From Eledone cirrhosa (lineage: Eukaryota): a DNA stretch of 64,000 nucleotides. The notes beneath the pieces are model-generated. The model was not told where the DNA came from, ran no database searches, and saw only the letters and a program-made list of their open reading frames with translations. The position numbers and the translations under genes are program-made. The stretch is from positions 11,966,001-12,030,000 of the forward strand of contig OZ024760.1 in NCBI GenBank assembly GCA_964016885.1, given 5' to 3'. This document shows positions 13,834 through 27,335 of the stretch, one piece after another (position 1 is the first letter of the stretch; each line of letters begins with the position of its first letter).

Positions 13834-16800
13834 AAAGAAAGTATATCTATTTACTTTACTCCTACAAACTTTTGTGTGAATAAATTTATTAATAAAGAAG
13901 TGAAGAAAGAATGTTATGAGAAAGAGAAGAAGAAGAGAGAGACTGATAGAAGAAGAAGAAGAGAGACTGATATAAGGAAAAGAAGAAGAAGAAGAAGAAA
14001 AAGAAGGTGGATGTCCTACTGAACTAGATTAGTCACTGGAGATGAAATAAGTCTATCAGGTATGTCATGGGATTGGCAATGTAAAGGAGATATTCTGAAT
14101 TTAAACTGTTACCACACACAACACTTTACACACACACACATCACCCACAACACTTTACACACACACAGAGGACTTCAGACACACACACATACATACACAG
14201 ACGACTCCACAGACACACACACATGACTTCGCACCCACATGATTCCAGACATGCCCACACGACTCCACATGACTTCGCCCACGATTTCAGACACACACAC
14301 AACTTCACACATATACACACACACACAACGTCACCCCTCCCCCCATACACACACTGACTGACTATGGAAGAAACTATTTAGTCTCTCCTCAGAAAAACAA
14401 TACAACAACCAAACCCTGTGAGTCAGACCCAAGTTTTGTTCCAGCTAAATATACCAGTTGGTCAATTGGTCAGTTAGTGAATATACAAGTACCTTCAAGA
14501 CCTATATATATGACCTGCTAGGCTAAACACACCTTACTACATATAACTCTTACCCTAAACCATTGGTTCCCAAAGTGGGTTCTGCAGAAGAAAAGGTGAA
14601 AAAAGGTAGAGGAATATATTTATATTACGACCATATAACAGTATTAGACTTTGGGGTTCCCTCAAAAGTATCTGAACCAAAAAGGGTTCTACGTTTAAAA
14701 AAGTTTGGAAACCCTGTCCTAAACAAACCCTACCACATATAACTCCTACCCTAAATATGCCTGCAACCTATAACTCTTACCCTCAACACACCTACCACCT
14801 TACAACCAAAAGCTCCCACACTAAACACAGCTATTCTTATATAGCTCCTAGATCAAACACATTGAGTGTATCATTTGTATCACTTGAAAAAATAAAGTCT
14901 TTATTTTAAAGCTACAAATTTTCACAACAATCTGTCCAGTAGTAAAGATTCTATAAACATTTGAATTTGCGTAACCTGATTTTTAGATATTTTCTGCTAA
15001 CTCATTAAAGGATGTTAAGAGTTAAGTAATAGATATGTATCAGCAGCATGAGGCACCATTTTACCATTTCACACGTTGTAGGGGGGCAGAAGACTAATAT
15101 GGGTCAGTAACTAATCAGTACCAAAATATTCTCTGACCAAAAGGGAGCGGGAGAGGAAGAATTCTTGCATTAGGATTCAGTTTTGGCAAAGTTATAGATA
15201 GATAAATGCTTTAGGGTGAATGGGAACTTATATACGTAATTAGTATTTATAGAAGAATGACTATTTTAAGATGTGTGCTGTAGGGAAGGCATAGCATGTT
15301 TCCTGTCCTAAAAATTACATTTACCCTTTCAATACCATCCTGTCTGTCTGAGACAGTTCATGGTATTAGATTGTGGCCCATGCTGGAGCATTGCCTCGAA
15401 GAGATGGGACATAAACAGAAACAGATATTGTCACCACCACAAAAAAGGAACAGAGTCCCGTGTCATTTTTCGTCACTACCTCCCCATGCTGGAAGTGGGT
15501 AATTTGTGCGCCTGCTGCCTTCCTTGGATGTGGTAGCTGTTTCGCATGCTCCCTCTCTGGAATTCCCTGTTACCCGTGGCCACCACGGTCAGCCCTATGA
15601 GCCTGTCATTGAACACAGCCAATATCTTCCATAGCAGGGGACAAAGTGACATGTTGCTCCAGTCCACTCAGCTGAAAAAGAATGCCAGGAGCAACTGGGA
15701 ACTAACCCTATGATGGACTGGTATCCTGTCCAGGGGAAGAGTCTTCTACTCTCAGTCACTTAATACTTTAAAAGAACATATACCCTACACATACACCCCT
15801 CACAAACCCCCGCCACACCCTCACCTCACCACCACCTTTTTTGTCTTGCATTTGTGACCTCTGGCGTCACACAGTAAAACAGAAGACCCGACTTCCCACA
15901 GGTACAAGCTGAAGCTGAAGCATATAGACAATATGCCCCCACCCCCTCCCACTGCAAAGTGGTTGTGGAGGTGCCACGACAAAAAAGCACCCAGTCCACA
16001 CTGTAGAGGGACCGTGTAGGCGCCACGGAATAAAAGCACCCAACACTCACTGTAAATGAGGTTGGTGTTAGGGAGGGCATCCAGCTGTAGAAATCAAGCC
16101 AACCTGACACTGCCCACAACAGGACAACCCGTCTAACCCATGCCAGCATGAAAGAACGGACGTAAAACGGTGATGATGATGATGATGATGGATTTGTGAT
16201 TTATGAATCCTACACATCAAAGTATCTGTGTGACAGAGTGACAGACGGACAAAAAGGATGTACAGTTATTATAATACAGTAGACTTTTCGACCTGAGAGA
16301 GACATGTGCATGTACTTAACTCCTCTTATAAAACAGGACACAATAATACAATACTATAAGTTGTATTGAAGTAGTCAATACATGTTGAGAATGTGAAGTA
16401 TGTTCTGTTATGAAGCAATACAATAGTTGTGGCCAGTCCTCTAATAAACTCTCAAAATATATCTCATTAGTTATTATATATACACATATCTGATACTATC
16501 GGACCTACTGGTGATGGTGGTGGTGGTGGTGGTGGTGGTGGTGGTGGTGGTGTGGTGGTGGTGGTTGTGGTGGTGGTCGTGGTGGTGATGGTGATGGTGG
16601 TGGTGGTGGTGTGATGGTGATGGTGGTGGTCGTGGTGATGGTGTGGTGGTGGTCGTGGTTGTTGTGGTGATGGTGATGGTGAGGCGGGGTGATGGTGGTT
16701 GTTGTGGTGGTGATGGTGTGATGGTGATGGTGAGGTGGGGTGATGGTCGTTGTTGTGGTGGTGGTGGTGATGATGATAGTTCCATACCATCCAACCTATG

Positions 16801-19175
16801 TTAAATAATAATAATAGTTCATTCCTTTAAGAAAACAAAGAGGAACCAGATATTTAGGAGAGAGAGAGAGAGAGAGACAGAGAGAGAGAGAGACAAACAG
16901 ACAGAGAGAGCGTGAGAGAGACAGACAGACAGAGAGAGAGCGAGAGACAGACAGAGAGAGAGAGAGCGAGAGAGAGAGAGAGTGAGACAAAGAGAGAGAG
17001 AGAGAGAGACAGAGAGAGAGAGTGAGACAAACAGACAGACAGAGAGAGAGCGAGAGAGAGACAGAGACAAAGAGAGACAAACAGACAGAGAGAGAGTGAG
17101 ACAAACAGACAGAGAGAGAGTGAGACAAACAGACAGAGAGAGAGCGAGAGAGAGCAAGAGAGACAGAGAGAGAGTGTGAGACAAACAGATAGAGAGAGAG
17201 CGAGAGAGAGCGAGAGAGAGCAAGAGAGACAAACAGACAGAGAGAGAGCGAGAGAGAGACAGACAGAGAGAGCGAGAGAGAGCAAGAGAGACAAACAGAC
17301 AGAGAGAGAGCGAGAGAGAGACAGACAGAGAGAGAGAGAGAGAGAGAGAGAAAATCATATTTTTATGGAATGTAAGAAGACTGAATTCCATTGAATTCCA
17401 CTTTGGGCTAATAATTGGTGTTTCAGCAGCTAAATATGTTTGTAGAATTTTAGTGACATCAAAAATAACCACCAGTTGCTATTGGAAACAGACTAAAGCT
17501 AGCAGTGAATATAGGTTAGACTATGACAGCTTAGAAAGTACTACATCATCATCATCATCATCATCATCATCCTCCTCACCATCATCAACATCATCACCAT
17601 CATCATTGTCACCGTCACCATCAACATCATCAACCTCATGCTCACCACCACCATCATCACCGTCACCATCAACACTGTCACCATCAACATCATCACCATC
17701 ACCGTCACCGTCACCATCAACACCGTCACCATCACCATCAACACCATCACCGTCATCATCATCATCATCACCATCATCACCGTCAACAACCACCACCACC
17801 ACCACCACCACCCACAATGTTTCTACATTAGGTTTTAAAGGTAAAAACATGAAAGAAGGGACTTACCATCAAGGAATGCCAGAGTATCAGTTCTTTCAAC
17901 AGCATTGTCTGAAAAATAATAAAAGAAGTCTTTGGTTAAAACAGAAACAAGAAAACTTGATGCAGGCATGACTTGGCTTTTTAGTTCCATTATCAGAAAA
18001 TCTGAAACATGATGCTTCAAAATTCTCTAAATTTTTCTCTCAAAATATCAACATTTGCTTATAAAAATCACTAAATGAGACAAACTGAAATAACTGAAAT
18101 ATTATTAATTCTTTCGTTAACCATATTTCTTGTGAATGACAAGAATTTAGAGGGATTTAGTAATATAACTTTCTCATTATTGAGTCAGTGTTTGCAAGTA
18201 TCTTACATAAAATTATGATGGAAGGATTTTAGATAAATATAAATATAAGAGCATCCAGCCGTAGAAAACTTGTCAGAGAGACTTCTGTACAAGTGAGACA
18301 CAGTCTCCCGACCAACCCCGCATTAAATGGAACAAAACCGTCTAACCCATGCTAATGTGGAAGATGGACGTTAAACGATGATGATGATGATAAACATTCT
18401 AACCCTTTCGTTACCATATTTCTAATGAAAGGTACTGTCTACAGTTTTTAAATAAATTTTTAAATAATCAATAATTTGTAGTGATTTAGTAATATATCAG
18501 ACTTTTTCATTATTAAGCTGGTGTTTGAAATATAACTTTATTTGCATTGAATCGGCTTACTTATCACCAAAATACTTTACGCACCCAGTACATGCTGTAA
18601 ATTGGTTGATGATAGGAACAGCATCCAGCCATAGAAAGCCTGCCAAAACAAAGGCTTGTGAGGACCTCTCAGTTGTGTCAAGGACATGACAACCTCCCTG
18701 GTGTTTGGTGACCTACACAATAAACACACCCAGTACATACTGTAAAGTAGTTGGCGATAGGAAGGGCAGGCTTGGAAGGACCCTTTAGTTGTGTCAAAGA
18801 CATGATAACCTCTCCTGTACACTCAATAGAACATAAGACGACACATAAGACAGATGAAGAAGGCATGTATTTGAGGTCCGTAGACCTGCTTCAGTACTGA
18901 TTGGTCAATGTAGATCTGTCCAACCCTTGCTAGCAGGGAAAGCAAACATTAAATGATGATAAAGATGATTGAACAAGTTTTCCCAATATATACTCAGTTC
19001 AATATATATTATAGGAAGATTTGAACAGATAAATCAATTCCCATTTGTCATATAACAATTGTAAGTTATCCTGGATATGATAAAAGATCTGATTTTTACT
19101 TTAGCTGATTGATATATCTACTTAAGCAGAACTAACCAAGGTTACTAAACAATAACTTTAACAACCTGTTTTACT

Positions 19176-19266
<91 letters not shown>

Positions 19267-19366
19267 CATATATATATATATATATATACACATATATGTA
19301 TTTAAAATATAAACAGAAATAACACAATCGGTACAGTATATGGAAGGAATATACATATATATACAC

Positions 19367-19409
<43 letters not shown>

Positions 19410-22400
19410 AGGTTATTTTGTCTGACAAATGAACTGGTGAGAATCATCTAATTTCTTGAAAGCTTCGGTAATGAAATAATTATATTGTGTTGTTTGTTGT
19501 TTGTTATGTAATTATATATATATATATATATAAACACCCCTATATGAGTGAGACATGGTCACCTGACACAACTTGCCTCTAAATGGGACCCGTCTAACCC
19601 ATGCTAGCGTGGAAGATGGACGCTAATTGATGATGATGATGATGATATACATTATAAAGAGTGTTTAAATTTGGTGGTTCACTACAATAAACACCTGATG
19701 ATGTCACCAGATTTATACGTAACCTGGCCACTGAAATGTGTATAGTGTTTGAAGGAATTCAACTTGTCTAGTCTCCTGTCATTTTACTCTATAATATAAT
19801 AGAATAGAATACAATATAATATATATAAAACTAAAATTGTGTACATAGTAAGCCAGCACTTTATTTAATTTTAAAATGAGGCCAGTGTGTAAGAAGAAAC
19901 CAGGAACAGTCAGCTGTCAAATAATCCTAAAACATGTGCATTAACGCTAGTTTTCGACATATTTCTAACTATAAACACACAGTAAATCTGTTGGCATTAG
20001 ATTTTTAAAAAACATACATTAAAATTTGAAGGAATTTAATAAAATAATTAACTTTCCCATCATAAAGTTAAGTTGGTGTTGTTTGAAACATAAAATTATT
20101 TGGAATTATTTTATTCAACAAATTTCAAAAAGATTTCATATTGTTTGCATGTTACAAAAAAAAAAGAAAAAAACACAAAAAAGATAGAAAAAGAGGAAAA
20201 AAATGTTATTTTTAAAATTGAGTAAAAGAATGGAGACCAAGGACAGCAGACACTAGACTCCGGTCTGGGGAGGAATTCACTTCTCTCAATTATGTTGGAA
20301 AGTTTGGATTTAAATATGAACATTTTAAATTGAGAAAGGTTTTTTTGGTGGTTTTTAAAAAAAATTTTTGTTTAATTTTCTTCAATTTTTTTTTAAAACT
20401 TTGAAAATAGAATGAAGAATCAGCCAAATTTGATAGCACAGTATGCTATAGGTCAACCTCTGGAGTTTATGTATTTATGTATCTATTTACAGCAGCTACA
20501 GATTAGTCTCTTTATTTTTCTTTTGGTTTTTAATGGGGTTAAATTTGAGAACTAAAATAGCTTCTTGACATGTAAGCTTGGCATTAATCAGCTCCAGCTA
20601 CAAGAAAGGTTGATTAATGTGACATAGCTTATAGTGATTTTAAAGTTGTTGTGATATCAAGATTATCATGACATAGGTTGTTGTGATACTAAGGTTGTGG
20701 TGATATCAAGGTTGTTATAATACTAGGGTTGTTGTGATATCAAGGTTGTTATGATACTAAGGGTGTGGTGATATCAAGGTTGTTATAATACTAGGGTTGT
20801 TGTGATATCAAGGTTGTTATGATACTAAGGGTGTGGTGATATCAAGGTTGTTATAATACTAGGGTTGTTGTGATATCAAGGTTGTTATGATACTAAGGGT
20901 GTGGTGATATCAAGTTTGTGGTCATACTAAGGTTGTTATGACATCAAGGTTATCGTGACATAGGTTGTTGTGATATCAAGGTTATCATGCAATAGGTTAT
21001 CGTGATATCAAGGTGAGATTCAATGAAATAAAAATACATAGTAACAGTAAAATGCAAGTTTATAGGTGTAGTACATATATATCAGTAGACATAACACTAA
21101 TGTATCAGTAGATATTACAGTAATGTATTGGTAGTCATATATATAGAGATTATAAGACCTTGTCCCACCCTTGCAAGCAGGGAAAAGCAGACGTAAAATG
21201 ACGATGTTGATATATATATCATCATCATCGTCATCATCAAGGTTTAGCGTCCGTGTTCCACGCTTACATGGGTTTGGACGGGGGTTTTCCCACTTGAGGC
21301 AAGAGTGGTTGTCTTGCTCGCATAGGACTGTCTGGCGGGTTTTCTACGGCTGGATGCCCTTCCTAACACCAACCACATTTACAGTGTGGGGCTGGGAGGT
21401 TTTTACCGTGTTGCCTACACGGCCACATTTACAGCGTGGACTACTGTGTGTTTTTGTCGTGACACCTACACTATATATATATATATATAGTAATATATAG
21501 TGATAATAAATGTGAAGACTAAAATCCGATCCGAAGAGGGCTCAATAAGGATTATATATATGTATATATATATATATAAAAACCCTTAACAGGATCTTCT
21601 GAAGATCTCGTTAAGGGTGAAAGCAGGGAGTCTTTACTTAAACTTTAATCTGTTCTTATAATAAATATTTTCTCTACGGGTTTTATATATATACATATAT
21701 AGAAACGAAGCCTGCATGCTCCGATGGATGTGTAACAGTAATATACGCGAACGACAAAGCATAAATGAATTGAGAGAGAGACTGAGCATAAGAGGAATCA
21801 AATGCTGCGTGCAGGAGAGGCGGTTACGCTGGTATGGACATGTGATGCGTATGAAGGATGACAGCTGCATAAAAAGGTGCAGAGCACTAGAAGTTGATGG
21901 AAACCGCGGAGTGGGGAGACCCAAGATGACTTGGGATGAGGTGATAAAAGCCGACCTTACCCAACTACACCTCTCAAAGTCAATGACACACGACCGTGAC
22001 TTCTGGCGTCACGCAGTAATACAGGGTACCCGACCTCCCATGGGTACATGCTGAAGCATATAAACAATATGCCCCCCCCCCCCCACCGCAAGGTGGTCGT
22101 GGAGGTGCCACGGCAAAAAAAGCACCCAGCCCACACTGTAAAGTGGACGTGTAGGCGCCACGAAAAAGCACCCAGCACTCACTGTAAATGAGGTTGGTGT
22201 TAGGAAGGGCATCCAGCTGTAGAAATCAAGCCAGATCAGTTCCTGTATGAGCAAGGCATGGTCAGCCGACCAGACACTGCCCACAACAGGACAACCCGTC
22301 TAACCCATGCTAGCGTGGAAGAACGGACGTAAAACGGTGATGATGATGATGATGATGATGATGACATATATATAATCCTTATTGAGCCCTCTTCAGATTT

Positions 22401-22891
22401 TAGTCTTCACATTTATTATTACTATATATATATAGGGGTCCCTATCATTCCACTGCAAAGTGGTCGTGGAGGTTCCACGGCAAAAAACCACCCAGCACTC
22501 ACTGTAAATGAGGTTGGTGTTAGCATTCAGCTGTAGAAATCAAGCCAGAATCAGTTCCCGTCCCACCCTTGCAAGCAGGGAAAAAGCGGACGTAAAATGA
22601 AATGATGATGATGATGATGAAATGATGTATATATATATAATCATCATTTTACGTCCGCTTTTCCCTTCTTGAAGGCAAGGGTGGGACGGGTCTTATAATA
22701 TATATATATCTTCGTGTGATGGAGATGTATGAACACATTTGGTAAATAAATGCTTTTTCTATATAATTGATTCTGATGATTTCTCAACAGAGGTATTGAG
22801 TGCTACATCCTTTATAGTAGAATGAAACATGTGTAAATCAAAAAAATAATGTATTAATTGCTAAACCTTGGTGATCCTTTATATTATATAT

Positions 22892-22943
<52 letters not shown>

Positions 22944-25630
22944 ATGTATGTATGTATGTAAAAGGTAAACAGAAATAATAACACAATCAGTTCAGTATAT
23001 GGAAGGGATATATTAGGTTAACGCTTGATATAGCAGGAAGAGGGTCTTAACGTTTCAGATGCTAGTCCTTGATCAGAAGAAAGTATGACAAATAAGATAG
23101 ATTGAGGGCGGGTTGGAATTGGAAAAAATGTATTTGGATAAAAATAACAGGTCCATTCATGTTGACATCTCTTTAGGGTAGGGAACAAATGCAAGTAGAG
23201 TTTTTACATAAAGGGAAATAACAAGGATTAAGACCAAATAGAATAATATACATATTAAATGAATTAAAATCCCATACAATGCCACAAAGAATAAAAAAGT
23301 TTTATTTCTTAATATGCAATATATGGGCTTTTAATTTATTTGATAAGTTTTATAATATTGTCACAATGTTTTTGAAACTGTCTCCAAACTCAACTATAAG
23401 GTACTTTTGGTTGTTTTGATGCACCAATTTTGTACACCTCATGTGAACTCACTGTCTACCCTGTAAGCTGGTTGTACTGGTACCAAAACAAAAAACACCC
23501 AGTCTACCCTATAAATGTTTGGAGAGGTGTTATGACAAAAAGCACCCATACTCTCTCTCTCTCTCTCTAATATCAACACCACCAACAAACACGTATTTTA
23601 AAAGTCCCTACAAAAGCAGGGCCCTTTATAGATTTTATACTCATCATGAGGTCCTTTTTGAAGCAATGTTTTATAGTCAGATGCCCTTTCTGGTGCCAAT
23701 CTTTTTAGCTGTTTCTGATAATATGCAGAGATACAATGTACCACGCTCTGTATGTTGCGTAATGTTACTGACTGTTTGTACAAATGAGTTAAGGGGGGAA
23801 ACTAAGCATAATCAAAATCTGATGTAGTGTGCCAGAGGGAAGATTGCACTGATATGGATATATTATGTCAAAAAAGCCAGTCAAACTCACGCTACACTTC
23901 ACAAGCAGGTATCCCCACTTTGCTCAGGAAAAAAACCTCTTCAAGGGCTGATAGATGTAGTAACTCACTGAAAGTTTTATTTTATCCTGAGCAACCATTT
24001 ACTACAGTAAATGGTAGCTCAGGAGAGCTGGACAGCAGGTCTTCGGAGAAGAAACTCAGGAGAGCTGGACAGCAGGTCTTGAAAAAAGAAACTCTCAGGA
24101 GAGCTGGACAGCAGGTCTTGAAAAAAGAAACTCTCAGGAGAGCTGGACAGCAGGTCTTGAGAAAAGAAACTCTCAGGAAAGCTGGACAGCAGGTCTTCAG
24201 AGAGGAAACCCTCCTCAAACGAGTGTTTCAGCCTTTAACTTCTTACACTCTAAGGGGGCTGGGCCTCATCCAGGCCATGACTCCTGCTGACATTTAGCCA
24301 TTCGGAATTCGGAGACTTGCTGTGTATTTAAACCATATGGAGGTTGTTGACAGGATCTAGCTGGAATCCTCTTCATTGCTTCTGCTTTCAAACTTATATT
24401 TAACCCTTTAGCATTTAAACCAACCAATAAACGGCCAGAATTCTCTCACTTCTTTCTGTTCAAACCAGCCATAACTGGCTACTTGTACTTACATTAAGGT
24501 ATTGTTCTCAAAACATATATCAAAATCTTGTAGATTCGATATTATGTGGGATAACTATGAGAGATAAAGTGTCTACTGAGAAAATACAATAGTAAATATA
24601 GAGTAATGTAAATGCTAAAGGTTTAAAAGCTTACATGAATTAAAAAATAACATTATTATCTATGACAAAAAACCTTACCTAAATCTTTCCGTTGTAAAGT
24701 TTTCCTTTTCCCCTGGAATGTATAAATAGCAGCTTCACGTGACAGGTATTGGACAAATAATTCCTAAAAGAGAACCAATACATTTGTCATTAATTTACTT
24801 GTTTTAAAATATATTTCAACTCTACATTGTTGTGACTCTTTACGGGAAGTGGATTAGCAGTAGAATCGGTAGAGCGTCGGACAACATGCTTTGTGGCTTA
24901 GAGTTACGTCCCTTTACGTTCTGAGTGCAAACCTCACCAAGGTTAACTTTGCCTTTCATCCTTACAGGGGTCGATAAAATAAAGTACCAGTTACGCACTG
25001 GGATCGATTTAATCGACTTTCTCCTCCCCCCAAATTGCTGGCCTTGTGCCTAAAGTAGAAACCATTAGTGTTGTCTCTTTACAATACACAAAGTGGTTGT
25101 ACTGTTGCCATGACAAAAAGTACCCAGTCCACCCTATAAGGTGGTTGTACTGGTGCCATGACAAAAAGTACCCAGTCCACCCTATAAGGTGGTTGTACTG
25201 GTGCCATGACAAAAAGTACCCAGTCCATTCTATAAGGTGGTTGTACTGTTGCCATGACAAAAAGTACCCAGTCCACCCTATAAGGTGGTTGTACTGGTGC
25301 CATGACAAAAAGTACCCAGTCCACCCTATAAGGTGGTTGTACTGGTGCCATGACAAAAAGCACCCAGTCCACCCTATAAGGTGGTTGTACTGGTGCCATG
25401 ACAAAAAGTACCCTGTCTATTCTGTAAGGTGGTTGTACTGGTGCCTTGACAAAAAGTACCCAGTCCACCCTATAAGGTGGTTGTACTGGTGCCATGACAA
25501 AAAGTACCCTGTCTATTCTGTAAGGTGGTAATACTCATAGCATTTCAAAAAGCTGTCTTCCCTGTAAGGTGGTTGTACAGGTGCCATGACAAAAAGTACC
25601 AGTCTACGTTGTAAAGCTGTCGTATTGGCT

Positions 25631-25674
<44 letters not shown>

Positions 25675-27335
25675 CTTCCAACTTAATCAATGTTAAAAAT
25701 GAAAATCAACAAACTCGGTTACGTTTACAGAGATGTCTGTGAATTAAGACTTATTATCTGTGTCTAAATATTTGGATTACCGATTAAAGAAATAACATTA
25801 AGACTAAAGTAGTCTACACTTTATAAGATAATCTTGGGGAGTTTACACTTTATAAGATAATCTCGAGGTAGTCTACACTTTATAAGATAATCTTGAGGTA
25901 GTTTACACTTTATAAGATAATCTTGAGGTAGTCTACACTTTATAAGATAATGTTGAGGTAGTTTACACTTTATAAGATAATCTCGAGGTAGTCTACACTT
26001 TATAAGATAATCTCGAGGTAGTCTACACTTTATAAGATAATCTCGAGGTAGTCTACACTTTATAAGATAATCCTGGGGTAGTTTACACTTTATAAGATAA
26101 TCTTGAGGTAGTTTACACTTTATAAGATAATCTTGAGGTAGTCTACACTTTATAAGATAATCCTGGGGTAGTCTACACTTTATAAGATAATCCTGGGGTA
26201 GTTTACACTTTATAAGATAATCTTGAGGTAGTTTACACTTTATAAGATAATCTCGAGGTAGTCTACACTTTATAAGATAATCTCGAGGTAGTCTACACTT
26301 TATAAGATAATCTCGAGGTAGTCTACACTTTATAAGATAATCCTGGGGTAGTTTACACTTTATAAGATAATCCTGGGGTAGTTTACACTTTATAAGATAA
26401 TCTTGAGGTAGTTTACACTTTATAAGATAATCCTGGGGTAGTTTACACTTTATAAGATAATCTCGAGGTAGTCTACACTTTATAAGATAATCTCGAGGTA
26501 GTCTACACTTTATAAGATAATCTTGAGGTAGTCTACACTTTATAAGATAATCTCGAGGTAGTCTACACTTTATAAGATAATCTTGAGGTAGTCTACACTT
26601 TATAAGATAATCTTGAGGTAGTCTACACTTTATAAGATAATCCTGGGGTAGTTTACACTTTATAAGATAATCCTGGGGTAGTTTACACTTTATAAGATAA
26701 TCTTGAGGTAGTCTACACTTTATAAGATAATCTCGAGGTAGTCTACACTTTATAAGATAATCCTGGGGTAGTTTACACTTTATAAGATAATCCTGGGGTA
26801 GTTTACACTTTATAAGATAATCTTGAGGTAGTTTACACTTTATAAGATAATCTCGAGGTAGTCTACACTTTATAAGATAATCCTGGGGTAGTTTACACTT
26901 TATAAGATAATCCTGGGGTAGTTTACACTTTATAAGATAATCTTGAGGTAGTTTACACTTTATAAGATAATCCTGGGGTAGTTTACACTTTATAAGATAA
27001 TCCTGGGGTAGTCTACACTTTATAAGATAATCTTGGGGTAGTCTACACTTTATAAGATAATCTTGGCAGAAGAGTAGAGGAAACTTTAGACAGAACATAA
27101 ATAAACATTTGGTTTCATAATTTACCGTAGCTTTCGATAACGCAACCATCGCTTCTTGAGTAGCAAGTGAAACGTCTGGATCTAATTTGATAATTTTACG
27201 TATCCTGCTAATTGGTAATTTTACTAATTTATCTGAAGTAACAGCAATAGTCTCTTTTTGTTCGTTCTCATCTTTCTTTGCTTCTTTTTCGCTTATTTCG
27301 TCTACATTCGTATCGTCAGGTGTTTCTCCCGCCAT
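8200..27335 (-). CDS. POLE4: DNA polymerase epsilon subunit 4 (H2A-like histone-fold protein), whole spliced CDS: 27335-27126, 24763-24679, 17908-17867, 8213-8200; 116 aa
   Basis: Spliced translation ...[32 protein letters not shown]|[28 protein letters not shown]|[14 protein letters not shown]|GALE* matches the POLE4/Dpb3 histone fold and its AFLEGxL C-terminus; all junctions GT-AG with consistent phases (0,1,1); 351 nt total. Confidence 0.92.
8739..10153. repeat. 74-bp minisatellite (~19 copies) derived from a SINE 3' region
   Basis: Period 74 (8745, 8819, 8893...); preceded by a B-box-like GGTTCGAACC; ends in SINE-type GTGCCCCAGTGTGGCCACAGTC. Confidence 0.95.
11291..11925 (+). repeat. 70-bp tandem repeat (~6.5 copies, to ~11750) of an RTE LINE segment, continuing into the RTE 3' end
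   Basis: TGGTTAGAAT every 70 bp; the unit is a degenerate ERSQLRYYGHVVRMSQE-coding segment seen in other copies (e.g. 57984-58214). Confidence 0.85.
12335..12460. repeat. (CAC)n microsatellite
   Basis: Direct. Confidence 0.9.
13211..13242 (+). ncRNA. Minimal type I hammerhead ribozyme core in a (TA)n-flanked Penelope-like fragment (~13105-13340)
   Basis: CTGAAGA-AGGGC-TTAT-GCCC-GAAA-C-GTC; stem I only 2 bp; AATAAA at 13279. Confidence 0.55.
15850..16190 (+). mobile_element. Composite RTE-3'-end/SINE-like element with (GAT)n tail
   Basis: Same sequence as 21980-22365 and 56360-56697; ends CCCGTCTAACCCATGC..GGACGTAAAACGG(TGA)n. Confidence 0.8.
16510..17812. repeat. Cluster of (TGG)n, (AG/AGAC)n and (CAT/CAC)n microsatellites
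   Basis: 16510-16775, 16858-17350 and 17545-17812 seen directly. Confidence 0.9.
17867..17908 (-). CDS. POLE4: POLE4 coding exon 3 ([14 protein letters not shown])
   Basis: TTTTTCAG acceptor, GTAAGT donor, 42 nt, phase 1-1. Confidence 0.9.
19689..19750 (+). ncRNA. Putative type I hammerhead ribozyme (Penelope-like)
   Basis: Stem I AAACAC/GTGTTT flanks CTGATGA...GAAA-TGTGT-ATA; stem II imperfect (CCAG/CTGG). Confidence 0.45.
20620..21013. repeat. 17-bp minisatellite with a 68-bp (4-mer) higher-order repeat
   Basis: AAGGTTGTTRTGATATC-type units; equivalent phase at 20701, 20769, 20837. Confidence 0.85.
21705..22365 (+). mobile_element. RTE-clade LINE 3' fragment fused to a SINE-like module and (GAT)n tail
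   Basis: ORF MLRWMC...[13 protein letters not shown]...[10 protein letters not shown]...DRDFWR, typical of the RTE post-RT C-terminus. Confidence 0.9.
22767..22841 (+). ncRNA. Putative type I hammerhead ribozyme
   Basis: Stem I TTGATT/AATCAA; CTGATGA 22773-22779; stem II TTCT/AGAA with long loop; GAAA 22824; stem III CA..TG; GUA triplet ending 22835. Confidence 0.55.
24015..24212. repeat. 39-bp minisatellite (~5 copies)
   Basis: CTCAGGAGAGCTGGACAGCAGGTCTTGAAAAAAGAAACT. Confidence 0.85.
24679..24763 (-). CDS. POLE4: POLE4 coding exon 2 ([28 protein letters not shown])
   Basis: CTTTTAG acceptor, GTAAGG donor, conserved [14 protein letters not shown] motif. Confidence 0.92.
24845..25065 (+). 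mobile_element. tRNA-derived SINE (near full-length). Other copies ~8370-8510(-), 28378-28556(-), 36965-37175(-), 39345-39480, 48880-49220, 61860-62000, 62355-62575, 62905-63067
   Basis: Family shows A-box-like TGGCAGAATCGG, B-box GAGTTCAAATC, central GCCTTTCATCCTTACGGGGTCGATAAAATAAAGTACCAGT and tail TTGCTGGCCTTGTGCCTAAAGTAGAAAC. Confidence 0.85.
25092..25610. repeat. 48-bp minisatellite (~10 copies) from the internal module of the (GAT)n-tailed SINE
   Basis: GTGGTTGTACTGGTGCCATGACAAAAAGTACCCAGTCCACCCTATAAG. Confidence 0.9.
25809..27066. repeat. 30-bp minisatellite (~42 copies) in POLE4 intron 1
   Basis: GGTAGTYTACACTTTATAAGATAATC(TCGA/TTGA/CTGG), exact 30-bp period. Confidence 0.97.
27126..27335 (-). 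CDS. POLE4: POLE4 coding exon 1 (MAGETPDD...ALSKAT)
   Basis: ATG at 27335, 70 codons, donor GTAAAT at 27125; [16 protein letters not shown] histone-fold helix 1. Confidence 0.92.

Noticed and set aside
25009-25531. Cys/His/Trp-periodic ORFs resembling zinc fingers (also 51429-51901, 53664-54427)
   Set aside because: 48-bp SINE-module arrays, open on both strands
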